A stretch of DNA of 55,069 nt, the filler included, from Sluysia triapertura (taxonomy: Eukaryota): NCBI GenBank assembly GCA_046118255.1. It is 4 parts of 4 records of this genome, joined end to end, with 100 filler letters (N's around TTAATTAATTAA, not from the genome) between each part and the next. Parts side by side here need not be neighbours in the genome. Positions count along the whole stretch, not along the records: positions 1 to 15,924 come from JBJNIA010215031.1; 3 more parts are not named here. The stretch is one strand, 5' to 3'. Under the pieces are notes generated by a model. That model did no database searches. It was not told the origin of the DNA and saw only the letters and a list, made by a program, of their open reading frames with translations. How positions within the stretch are numbered: the stretch's first letter is position 1; each line of letters starts with the position of its first letter. This document shows positions 1-12,619 of the stretch, in pieces. A program made the position numbers and the translations under genes.

Positions 1-1374
1 GCAGATTTTGTTATATTTATGATTATTTTGTTTTTATATTGTGTTTTTTGCGGTATTTTGAGTTTTAGCTCAATAATTAAATATATTTTATGAATTAAGT
101 AATTGAAAATGTACCCGATATTATTAGAATTGTTTTTATGCCTTTACCATTACAATAAATTAGTCAAGTGCGTATAGTACTTAAATACTTTATTCAATAA
201 ATTAGCTAGAATAATAATTACGAAAATCACTACAAAATGATGATCGACAGTAGTTATGTTTTAGCCGATTACGAATACACTGAATAATATGTTTATCAAA
301 TGATGTTTAAACTTGAAACGCTGTTACTTAAGGTATATTTTGATTAATGAAAAGTTTCCAATTGCCATTTGTAACTCAGGTATTATTACTTCTATTGTTT
401 TTATGCTCTCGATGAATTATGCATAATTAATTTACATGTAAATAGAAATGATTTTAGTAAAGTAATAGATTATATAGATGTATTTATGTATGTATGTATA
501 GACATCAAACTTCAAAGACGACTAAATATTACCATCAAATTTGTAACTAATAATGAATTTAGAGTTTCAGAGTTAATTCAAAATACGTTAAATTTTCTAA
601 ATTTATTTAAATCATTAAAAACTTTACTACATTATTTGCATGATAAATGTAAATCAAATATTAGTTTTAATCATTTCCTTCTAGAAGACTGTTTGAAACT
701 AGAAAGTGTGACCATATTCATTTTGTTTGTTAATAATTAACAGGTTTAATTATATTTTTAATGCAATATCATCACATTTTTCGTCATTTGATTTGATTAT
801 CAAAAATAATACTCAAATTGATTATTAACTTAATTCAAAACGTTTATAATTTAAGCGCCATACCAACATTTTAATAACCATTTGTTGAATTTTATATGGT
901 AAACCGTAATAGTAAGTAACGTTCTTAATGAAATACGTAAATTGAAAATCTTGCAACCATAAAATATGTAATAATAATTTTTATGATGATGATTATTATT
1001 ATTAAAAAAACTATTTTCATTTTCATTTGTATTTTTATTGTATTTTATATATCAATAGAGAAAAATAAATTAAATTTTGCATCAACTGAAAAAAAGTAAT
1101 ATATTTTACTATTTAATAATTTACACATTAAATAAACAAATTATAAAATTTATTATTGAACAAAAAAAATATTAATTAATTTTATCACTTTTTCGTTTTT
1201 ATTTCTAAAGTAGTTTTGCTCAATTTTGTTATGTTTACATTTTATAATGTTTGTTTAAATTATTTTAAATTAATGAAATAATTTCTTATCATTATTTAAT
1301 TTCTTTTCTTATTTAAGTTAAATTTAATAATAATTTAATTTCATACGTTAAAAGTTAAATTAAATGTACCTAAC

Positions 1375-1516
1375 CTCGTGGTAATAAATTTCTTGGATAT
1401 ACAAAACGAGGAGCATTGTCATTAACATCTAAGATTTGAACACAAATGGCTGTTATCGTTGATTTCTGAACTTCCGTACCCAGATCACTAATAATTACTC
1501 GAATACAATGACGATC
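1375..1516 (-). CDS. Internal exon of a cadherin/protocadherin-family gene (end of one cadherin repeat)
   Basis: Bounded by ctttttag acceptor and gttagg donor. Reads DRHCIRVIISDLGTEVQKSTITAICVQILDVNDNAPRFVYPRNLLPR with no stop, containing the cadherin D-x-G and DxNDNxPxF calcium-binding motifs. Confidence 0.85.
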
Positions 1517-1697
1517 CTAAAAAGTTATTTACTAATTATGAAATTTAACATATATTGTTGTCTGAATTAATTGTGCATTATTTGCATTTGATATTTTAAA
1601 AATAATTTATCACCGATTTGTTTTAATAGTTAGTATAATACCATACTGAAATTACCACATAAAATATTAAATAGTAGTATAATCAAATTAATATACT

Positions 1698-1778
1698 ATT
1701 ATTATTATTGTTATTATTATCATTATTATTATTATCATTATTATTATCAATATTATTATTATCATTATTATTATTATT
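1698..1778. repeat. Imperfect (ATT/ATC)n microsatellite
   Basis: Directly visible trinucleotide run. Confidence 0.85.
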
Positions 1779-3732
1779 AATAGTTATTGCCAGTCAAATT
1801 TAGTGTTGCTTATAGAATTAGATGTTTTAATATGGAAATTTGAAATGAGTAATAGTTCATATTTAGCAAAAGAAACAAGTTTAAAAATAACCTCCACTAT
1901 TCAGAGACTAATCATGAACCAATTTAAATTCGCTTATAATATTTTCCATTGTAAAGTTAAACATTTAAAGAAAAGTTGATGCTTATTTCAATATTTTAAT
2001 GATATTTTGGTATTAAAATATTGTTTTCAATTATTAATTCAAACATTAATTCAATGCTTTTAAAAGTATTATTTGCGGTATTTATTTAAATTAAAAATAT
2101 CAGCAAAAAAATTCTAAAAACGTTTTATACTTCTTTGTATTTAGGACATTTATGATCCAATCAGATTACTTAAAACGGATATAATATAAATAAATGTTAT
2201 GCTAATTATTTTAAAATTAAATTCATATATAAGTTACATTTATATTTATTTGAATAATATTTAATAAATTAGAAAATATAATAATTACTATGTTCATTTC
2301 GCTCACTGTGTCACTATGTAATATGAATCATAATTATACGATCGGTAAAATAAAAAGATCTTCAGATATTATGAATAATTTAAATATAACATTTAGTATT
2401 TATTAATTTCAATTTTAAGAAATATTTTAAGTATTCTATACAAAATATTTATTTTATATATATCAATAATAAATCAAGGTTTCAATAGCTGTAATATTTA
2501 ACATTTTATTTCAAAGAATTGGTAGATAATTAGTAGTTTTATTGAAAACTACATAATTAGGGAATTTGGATAGTTATGAATATCAAAAAGTTTGCCACAA
2601 ATATATTTAAAATTGAAAAAATAACTTTAGAACAAAATTTATGTTCATTGATCTTGACACAGAAAATGGTTTAATAAAAATATTTAAGTTAATAAAAACT
2701 GTTAAACATATAATCTCATTTTTCATTAAGTAATTGCTACTAAATTCTTGATTCTATAGTTGTACTAATAATAATTATCAATATTTGTAACATATAATGA
2801 TCCCATTATGAATATTTATAAATACAATCGCATTATTTATTATAAGTATTTAAATTAATAAAGAAAATAACTTTTTTTATCATCAAAATTAATTAAAAAT
2901 AAAAATTAATGATGAAATTCATAATTAAGAAGAGCCTTCAATCTTTGCTAATAGTATAATATCTATTGTTCTTATTTCACTAATTTGCAATTTTTTTACA
3001 CTCTGTATTTTATATTTATTATTATACTTTTGAAAATTAACTTTTAAGCTTTTATCTATGTTCTTTTTTCATTAGATCTCGTTATTATTAATATTAAAAT
3101 AAAATATCAATACAAGGTATAAAATAAACATGTGTACATCATAATTATCTATAATAAAAATTCTTAAAATAGTTGTTGTGATAATTGCTTAAATGTGTTA
3201 ATGAACAAACCATATTATTTGACTATAATAAACCGAAATATTTTTGTAAGATCAAACTAAATCTTTTCAAATTATTATTAGTGGAGATTTTCATCCAAAT
3301 TATTAGACTTATTTATTAACTTCGAAATTATCGAACCTGAATTTTCTAATATCAAATATATTACATTAAATATATTAAATATAATTACATTTAACGAAAT
3401 TAAAAATACCGATACCACTTCTTCTTAACAAAATACCCACAAACCAAGAAATATTTAACTCTTGAAAAAAGGCATGACATTTTCAATAATTAATTCCACT
3501 TGTTGATATACTTTATTTATACATCCAGATAATTATTCTTTAGTGGTTTGTTTGTCTTTGTTTTTTCATTTCTATTTTAATTTTCGTGCTACAGTGTGAT
3601 CAATAACTTTATTTATTTGCTAATCAAATTATGGTGAGTTCCCATTTATGTCTTTTGTTTAACTTCTTATTTCAGAACATTTTATGACATTTCTTTTAAA
3701 GTTACCGATACAATTTTAAAATTTTATTATAA

Positions 3733-3891
3733 TGTTAGACTTCATAATATGGACTGACCGGGGATCGAACCCGGGACCAGAGGTCTGCGAAGTCGATGCT
3801 CTACCACTGAACTATCAGCCCCGTCTAACAATTTCAATTTTAATATATTCAATTATACTACTTGGCACTTTTTAGGCCTTTTACCCCAACA
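3733..3891 (-). mobile_element. tRNA-cored short element, copy 1 (solo-LTR-like or Ginger-MITE-like), 159 bp
   Basis: Minus-strand ends TGTTGGGG...GTCTAACA, with 4-bp TSD ATAA (3729-3732 and 3892-3895). Core 3750-3821 is tRNA-like: acceptor stem GGGCTGA/TCAGTCC, A box TAGTTCAGTGG, B box GGTTCGATCCC, unpaired anticodon stem. Internal 8-bp inverted copy of the terminus at 3823-3830. Confidence 0.85.
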
Positions 3892-5948
3892 ATAAGATTA
3901 TTAAAATTATTCTCACAATAAAATAAATTTGTAATTAAACACTGCAGGACCAATAGGACCACACGTAATTGTCATAATTTTATATAAATATTTTATTATT
4001 TAATTAGTTTTAATTTAATTTAGATATATGGTATTTACAGATTATTTAAACATTTAAGTTGTCTTTTTTAACCACTTTGTAGTATCAAATGTTCGACTGC
4101 TAAATGATTATTATAAAAAAATTAGTAATGATTGCCTTGCTTTATATAGTTTTGTGTACTGATATTATATTATTGCCATTTAATTCGTATCCATAGTTAA
4201 ATTCTATTATGCGTTAAATTTCTTTCTAATATATCGAATTTAATAAATACAATATTAATTTTCTTCTATAATATTGATTTAATTATAGTACAGTGCATTT
4301 GTTTTGGAGTTATGTGATTGTTTGTATTATTATTATTTGTGCTTATTATTTTTCATTTCTATTAAGAATTAATATATTTAAAATTATTCAAAATATATTT
4401 AAGATTATGCAATACGTAATGGATAATAGGTAAATATGTAAATTTCATGATAGAAGAGGAAAGCATAGCTTATAAATTCCTCAGCTTAACACCATTGATG
4501 AATTCTTTAGCTGTTTCAAATCGAAATTATATTTTAAATATATTATTGCATAATTTTAAATATATTAATACATAACCCTGTAACAAAATAATAGATTTTT
4601 GTTCTTCTAGTATCACCATCTAACATTATCTTCTAATATTTTATCATTATTTTCTTTCATTTACTCTCTAATTTAAGAATATCTTAAGATGTCATCCAAA
4701 TATTTTAGATTTATTTTAGTTTTATTTAATGATTATTAAGACATGTTCCGAAGATAATTAAGTTTCATCATTAAAAAAGACATTCGATTGAATAAATTGC
4801 ACATTGAATGTTCAATAAATATCTAATGAATCTAAAATAAATATGCTTAGTTTTAATTATTTATATTAAACTTTACAAAACTCATTTTTTTCATTTCTTC
4901 GAATTTTCGTATATTTCAATGTTTTGAAAAGAACTCTTAGTCTTTGGTAATAATCTAAACTTCTCTAATAATAACATTCCCACTTTATATTACTACTTAA
5001 ACTTATATGAAGATGCCATCTTTTATTAATGTAAACTTCCTGTGCCACTTGTTCTGCAAATAATACTTAATCTATTATCTGGAAGTGTGAATTCTAATAC
5101 TGGTCTCAGTTATTCAAGATAGAAGTGCTTAACAAAAGTTCTAATTCTTTAAAGTTTATTTATTCGAATTCTTTCAAATGTTTTTAATATTATTCAAAGA
5201 AACTTTACAACACTAAATTGGTCCGATTCGCTTTATGAAAAATTTTAATTTAACTTTAAACTCTTCAATGCACTTTATAAGAACCTTTAAAAAGTTTTCT
5301 TCTTTAATTTCAACTTAACTTTATGATATTTATCTAATTCTAATCTCGCTCAACAACTCTATTTTCAAAAATAAAGTTAAAACACAATAAAGTTTATTTT
5401 TAAAATATAATAATTTACAACTGTTTAACTCTAAGAAAATAATAATGTAATTTTTCATATTTATTGAAAATTTAATCGAAAATTTATCTTATCAGTTTTT
5501 ATATTCAGACAAAAGTCACTTACTACTTAACAAGCTTGTGTTCAAGTAAAAATAAAATTATCTTTGGTGTTCAAATAAAATATTCAATTATCAACAATAT
5601 ATCAACTTTTTAAAACCACTTTTTTGTCAAATGACAAAAGTATTTATACTGAGTTACAAAATTTTGTTATTATTAAATTATAATATATGCAATTGTAATT
5701 AATTAATAGTAGTTAAATTTTTGTCTGAATACAAATAATAATATATAAAATTAATAATAAAGTAGTTAGTTTGCAATAATAGTAGTTGATTTTTGTCTGA
5801 ATAATTAATATAATAGTCGGTTTGTAATAATATGAATAATAATAATAATAATTTAATTTATAATTTTTGTCTAACTATTTTTGCTTAATTTATAATTTAT
5901 GATATAGTAATTACTATTTTAGTGTTACGCTTATCTCCTGTTAAATTA

Positions 5949-7476
5949 AGGTGGACCACAGATAAATAACAACGGTAGTTTTTTGTTTTATTTTAATTAA
6001 TTATTGATGATATTTATTTCATATGTTATTATTAGAAGCATGTATGAAAACAATTAAAATATTATTAAAATAAATACCTAATTACTGTGCCATATTTGAA
6101 TTGAAAAATAAAATGTGATTTTTACATGTGACAAAATTATAACAACACCATTCTAAAGTTTAATACATTAATTAATTAATCAATTTTAGTCAATCAAAGG
6201 TAATTAATTTTATTTAATATATTCTATTTAAATAATTTTTTGTTAGTTATTACACATTTAATTAAAAAATTTTGACAAATAAAATTATTTTAAGATGCAA
6301 AAGGAGAAAAACTATTGCCTATTGAAATTGGGCAAATGTTGGCCTATAAAGATGCAAATTTGGAAATAAGAGAAATTGGACGTCGCATTAACAGAAATCC
6401 AAGCACAATCAGTCGATTTCTTCAAGATCCCGAGAATTATGGCAAGAAAATAAGAAGAGGTCGGAAACCAAAGTTGACAAAAATGTCTCCAAAACAGATT
6501 AAATTGATCCATCAGCATCCTTGTTCAATAAGAACTGTCCAAAGAGTTGTAGGCAACTGTCAACACTTAAGATATGAGAAGAGGAAGCCCAAACCGAAAC
6601 TCACAGCAGCGCACAAGTCGGCACGGGTCACCTGGGCACAATTATACATATCATGGATTTTAAAATGGCATCAAATTATATTCAGTGACGCGAAAAAATT
6701 TAATCTTGATGGCCCCGAGGAATTTAATTTTAATCTTGATGGCATGACCTGAGGAGGAGTCCGAAGTACTTCAAAAAACGTGAATTCGAAGGTGGTTCGG
6801 TGATGGTCTGGCCAGCCTTTGGTTGGAACGGGAAAACAGAAATTGTGTTCTTAGACGGTAAATAAAACTCACAGATGTATATTCAAACATTCAATGAAGG
6901 ATCCCCGTCGCAGGTCAAATTGGAGGTCGAAACGGGATCTTCCAACACGAAAATTGTTTAATCCATTGCTCCACGGAGACAATTAAATGGTTTGAAAATA
7001 ACAAAATTCGGGTTTTGAGTTAGCCATCTTATAGCCCTGACTTAAATCTCATTGAGAACTTCTGGGTTTACTCGTCCGGAAGGTTTGCCGGTAAAAGACG
7101 CCAATTTGACAATGTAAGAGATTTGAAAGCAGCCATTCTTTCTGCTTGGGAAGAAATCAGCCTTGAGGAGATGAAAAATCTAGTTAGCTCAATACCAAAA
7201 AGACTTATTGAAGTCTTAAAGAATGGTGACTTTGTTGGCTATTAAGAAATTTTAATTTTTTAATTAATTATTAAACTAAATGTTGTTATATTTCTGTCAT
7301 ACTCTAAATTTACTTCTTTTTAAATTAAATGTCGTTTATTTGATAATTAAATATTTTTGTCATAATCAAATTAAAGGATATAATCATTAATAAATTATAT
7401 TATTTTTTTATAATTATTCAACAATTATTAAATGAGATTCATTAAAAATGCTACTGTTGTTGTCTGTCGTCCACCT
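5949..7476 (+). mobile_element. Tc1/mariner DNA transposon, Tc3-like, both ends intact, transposase inactive
   Basis: TA TSD at 5947-5948 and 7477-7478. Outer TIR AGGTGGAC(C/G)ACAGA... at both ends, plus an inner inverted repeat 6127-6147 / 7281-7301 (IR/DR layout). Confidence 0.9.
6295..7245 (+). pseudogene. Tc3-like DD34E transposase, frameshifted and stop-containing
   Basis: Motifs EIGRRINRNPSTISRFLQDPENYG, KPKLTAAHKSARVTWA, IFSDAKKFNLDGP, GGSVMVW, SPDLNLIEN and LKAAILSAWEEI are collinear with C. elegans Tc3 transposase. Several frameshifts and stops. Confidence 0.92.
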
Positions 7477-10400
7477 TAGTTATAGTGTTAATATTCAATA
7501 TTTCTAAATCTAATTTTACTCAATCAATCATAAATCTGGCATAGAAAGAGTAATTGAGCTCCAATATATTTATTCATCCATATGCGTAATAAGGTAGTAT
7601 CCGTGCATGAACATTCCATTATTCACTTAATTTTGCCTGATAAACTTTGTCGGTACGAGAGTCCTTCTAATTGAATCTCGAAATACATTTATTTTGAACA
7701 TTTACTATAAAATACTCGAACTGGATTACTTAGCTAATGATTATAGTTTTTCTCGTATTTTCGAATCAATAACCAGTATTATAATGTTTATTCAACAAAA
7801 TGTATTTGTTGACATTGAAATAATAACTAAGTAAACAAATTTTATGATGACGACTTTTAAGAGAATTAAATTACGAATTGTAATAATTATAGAATAATTT
7901 CTATTTCACAATTATATTAAATGAGTCATGCTGTTGTTATTGGATTGGTATTTGTATGAGTCATGACTCTACAATGAATGCACGGCAGCCATTATTATTA
8001 TTATTATTATTAACATTTCTATTAGTAATATTGACATTATTAATCAATACAAAAAATCGATAATGTGTGCTGTATTCCAAATTGCAGTACATTTATTTCA
8101 TTCTCATTATCATTATCATCATTAAACACAAAGTACTTATACCTAGATTGATGTAACACAGCAAGCTTAATTGAACTTGTGTGATATTTATTATTGTTAT
8201 TATTATCATTAGTTTGAGAATTTATTATTAATTTTATTGTTTTTCAAATAACAAGTCACGTTCATCGAATTAACTAGTAATCAGATCCAGATTCACATAT
8301 TCACATATTCTTCAGACTTCAATTCTACAAAGAAAGAAATTTTAATGTGATAAACTTACAATATTTATCAGTTTACAAGTTCTGAAATCAATAAATAAGA
8401 AATGTAATTAAGTAAGAAAGAAGATGATTATAGATTATAACAATGATTTTATTAAGATGGAAATTCAAAACCGAAAATTAGCTGACGCAAACTAATACAA
8501 CCACTGAATGAGCGTCGATGAATAAGTTGTATGAAGTTTTTCGCTTTGCCATTATTTATCTAAGTTTTATTGTTTCACAATAAATAAACATTTTGTCATA
8601 AAGAATCATTTTAAAATTCAATTCAAGCTTAATAAAATTCAATATTATTATTCTTTACAAAACTTCCAATGTCTCTGGATACTTTTTTGTGTCAGTAAAT
8701 CAATATACACTCACGTACTTTATATATACTTATAATAAATGTAAACAATTAGAGTGTACAAATTCTGTAAAACGTTACTATTCCTCAATACCTTTAAGTT
8801 ACTTTACAATAGATTTATAATAACTTTAGTCAGTACACACTTTAGTCCTCAATAATACTTTAAATATCTTCACTTATATAAATTACTGTTCGTCAGCAAC
8901 AACTTAAACTTTTTATCGTTTTACTATTCAATTAATGTTTGCTTATTCTATCTCGACTTTGACTTTGATTGTTATATGAATAAATATTATTTTGTCTCAC
9001 TTTATTTTATTTTATTCTATTCTGTTTTATCCTTCTTTGGGGCTCTCTCTTTTTACTTAACAATTAATTAATAAGGCAATAAATTCACAAGAAATTTTAT
9101 TCAATAAAGATTTAAACACTTAATAACAAAATATAAAATGACAAATAGTTTAATAATGATAAATTTTAATGTTAATAAAATACAATATTTTAATTTTTCA
9201 GACAAAGAGACAATAATAATTAATTATTAAATAATAATTAAATATTTCTTGAATTGTTCCAATAGAGTTCGGGATACTCGAACAGATTCCACTAATAATA
9301 ATTTGTACTGTCCAAAATTTGTGTGAAATACTGTTAAATATTCTGTCAAATTCTGTGTGGGTTGAAAATCAAAATGTCTATTTATACTACTTTCACGTAT
9401 GACGAAAATTTATTAAATTCTGTGTGGAAGTAATAAAACTAATAATAATAATAATCTACAAAGTATCGTTCAGTAGTAATAATCTACAAGTAGTAACTAA
9501 TTATAATACACATAGTAATTATTGTTTTTTGTCTGAAATTGTTAATACTAAATAATTTAGAAGTAATAATAACATAATAATTAACTGTTTATCTTTCTTA
9601 ATTGAAACTCGTAATACTCTTATTCACTTTCAAATTATTTGTGATATAACTTTTAGTTAAATTATCTCAAATTTAATTCAAGTTATTATAAACCGCTTGT
9701 TGCAGTAAAATTAGTGTTGAATTGTTATCAAAGTTAAATTATGGTTTGTGAACGAAAATTTTATTTTCATTTAGGAATTTAGGAATATGAGGTCCAAATA
9801 AATAGTCATCGAATTATTAATTTTTATTTGTCGGCCTCTAAATTTTTTCGGAAAACCTTTTAATCCTTTGAGGTCCTATTTTATTTCCATTGAATCCTCT
9901 ACAGGTCTTATTTAATTCTAGCGAAAACACAACATTTTCACTAGGAAACGCCTTATTCAAAAAACATACTCAACTCGAATTTAAATTATTTATTGATTAA
10001 TTTAATTATGTTTATGTATTTATGTAATATTTATATAATATAAAAATAATAAAATTCTAACTTATCAATGTAATAACACGAATATTCCTTTTGTTTACGA
10101 TATTACATTTGCACAACTCCAATAAAACTAATATATACTTCGCATATAGTGCAGTGGTAGTATAGTGGTCCGAACTTGACGATAATTATGGGTCGGTGCA
10201 AATAAAAATACGAAATGTAAACATTTTCTTATCGGACCATTTTCGACATGTAACAGATTACATGTACGTTTCAATGTCTATGTTAAATTAGCGTAACGTG
10301 AAAATTGCAATATCGGAGCCGACCCGACTGAGGACCGGAAAAAGTTAAAAGTTATTCTTCAGCTTCTATATTTGAATTGAAATAATCTTCAATGATTTTA

Positions 10401-10749
10401 TGGCAAGTGTATCTCTATATTTTGCTTGTTTGTTGCTACATCTTGTCCGAACATCTACTTGTCTGCTTCTATTATAATTTCTATCGCAATTGTATTCAAA
10501 TTGATTGTGTAATTAATTTCGTTATTTAACCAATAAAATCCAATAAAATATACCTTTACATTTTATTCCATATATTTTTACTTTTATTTATCTACATGCT
10601 TCTCAATAATAGTCTATCTCGTTTTACATTTTCTGTATTACATTTACATTGCCCTTAATTGTATTATAATTTTGTATAATGTCAACCATAATTAAATTAT
10701 TGAGTAGTATGCAATGATAACTATAGTTAATTTATTGACTAGTGAAATT

Positions 10750-11000
10750 TCAGAGCGCAAAACACTACAGAAAGTATCGATGAGAGAATGGCTTATGCAA
10801 AAAGGTTTTTGAAGTATCAAACAGAAATACTTCCTTCGATGAGTCTAGATTCAACGATTCAATAAGGGCATCAAGAAGAAGATCGACACTGTGTCAACAA
10901 TAAGGTCGAGAAATGTATCGATATGCTGTGCAATTTCCCAATCTGAAATCCTGCATTACAAATCCCAAGATTTTGCTTTTTACTTCCTTAATAACTTGAA
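10750..11000 (+). pseudogene. IS630-Tc1-mariner (DDE_3 type) transposase fragment
   Basis: With frameshifts reads ESIDERMAYAKRF...DESRFNDSIRASRRRS...VSTIRSRNVSICCAISQSEILHYK, matching the DE-GFN...RS-N-S-I-A pattern. Confidence 0.65.
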
Positions 11001-11820
11001 CAAAAAATTAAAGAAAATAGCGAAAATATTCAATAAAATTCAATATTGCACAGTAATTCTAATGTTATTTTTATCCTCCACAGACGTTTTTGACGAAAGT
11101 ATTTAATTAAACAACTTTTTACTTAAATTAATTAATAATTATACTTTTATATTTTAACAAGAAAAGCCTTATAAAGAGTTCTTTCTTCACACCTCTCTTT
11201 CTTTTATTTTGAATGAAATATTTTATGAACTTTTTCTTTTAACTCAATTTGTCATGTTTTATCTTAATTCCTCATTAATACTTACTTTATTTTTACACTA
11301 TAAGTTATAATCGTTATATTTATTTCATCTTTGACAAAAATGAAGAAAACATTATAAAACATTGTTGGGGTGCAATGATGAAGATGAAAATATCTACAGT
11401 CATTCTGAAAATTCAAGAATACCTTGGAATTCCAAATATCATTGAAGAAACTTGAGATTGTCTTGGAAACGTTTTGAAGCATTCAAGTACCCTTGAACTT
11501 GTAAATCGTGAGATCAGTCTCTAAGAATCTTTAAAACCTTAATAAGACCATTAAATAACTTTGTAAATATGTATCTACGATCTGTTGGGATATTAATTTA
11601 AAATAGTAAAATAAATTTATTATTAGCAAATATAAAATGAATAATATTGCTAGTGTTTTTAATATCTTAAACTTAATTGCAAATTACCTGAGGGATCGGG
11701 CCACCTAATATATACGCTTCATATCACTGTTGGAGACGTATAATTAAGATTTTATAACTTAAATTTATAATATGCAACTTAATAAGCTCGATTACATTTT
11801 TAGGTTTAGGATTTTACTAC

Positions 11821-12123
11821 AATTACACAACCCTTTTACTAAGGTGTTGTAACAAAACAGATATTTTAATTGATGAAATTACTTAGTAAGTTGCACAACC
11901 ATTTTATTAAGGTGTTGTTCAGAAAACAGTCTAGTATTTTAGAAATAAAGTAACTAAATCGAAATTCAATGCTATATATTAATTAACGTTAAAAAACACT
12001 ATGATTCAGTCTACAAACAAATATAATAACAATAGTGAATTTAACAATAATTCAATACGAAATTGATTATTATGATTTTATGTACAAATTACCCAACCCT
12101 CTTTAAGGTGTTGGGTACAAAAA
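11821..12123 (+). repeat. Three ~35-40 bp self-complementary direct repeats (11821-11860, 11889-11929, 12087-12123)
   Basis: Shared core CAACC-(7-9 nt T-rich)-AAGGTGTTG; each copy can fold into a hairpin. Confidence 0.7.
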
Positions 12124-12619
12124 ATAAATGAAAGTTTGTCGCATTTTTGTATTCTCGCTTAGGATGAATACATTGGAAACTTATAAATAAAAAATGACTT
12201 TGATATCATGGAAAGATTTTGATTCATAATGGAGGGCAGGAACCTTGATAAAATTACTTTAAAAATTTTTGTTGTGTTTTGTTCGCTAATTCCTAAGCTA
12301 TTTCTATTAGATTGTTTCCACTTACCTAAATATTAATAATTTCCTGACTAATTATTTTCTTTATTTCTAAATTATTTTAAAAAATTTTTCTTTTTTCCTG
12401 AAATTAATTTAATAATTTTAAACAAACTTACTTTTTTCTTAATTTTAAAACAAAATTATTTTAATTTTTTAAATTATATTTTTTAATATTTTATATATTT
12501 TAATAATAATGATAATATTTAATATTCACAAATAAATTATATTTAATATAAATACATAAAACATGTTCAAATCAGTATCCTTTATAAATCATAAAATGTA
12601 ATGTATTTTTTTTCATAAC

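Noticed and set aside
486-740. Short AT-rich ORFs of 60-100 aa (486-740, 15378-15671, 33367-33549, 34166-34357, 49632-49817 and similar)
   Set aside because: No motifs; composition dominated by F/I/L/N/K as expected from AT-rich noncoding DNA.
3750-3821. Functional tRNA-Ala(CGC) gene
   Set aside because: The anticodon stem cannot pair (TCGAC versus ACCTC), and the sequence is embedded in a TSD-flanked repeat with four divergent relatives.
7648-7661. 14-bp match (TTGTCGGTACGAGA) to the PRCP exon at ~43820
   Set aside because: No flanking similarity; probably chance.
10147-10340. Possible MITE or tRNA-like sequence with short inverted motifs (GGGTCGG/CCGACCC, TGGTCCGA/TCGGACCA)
   Set aside because: No clear termini, TSD or B box could be defined.
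11821-12123. CRISPR array
   Set aside because: Only three degenerate repeats with very unequal spacers, no cas genes, and a eukaryotic spliced-gene context.
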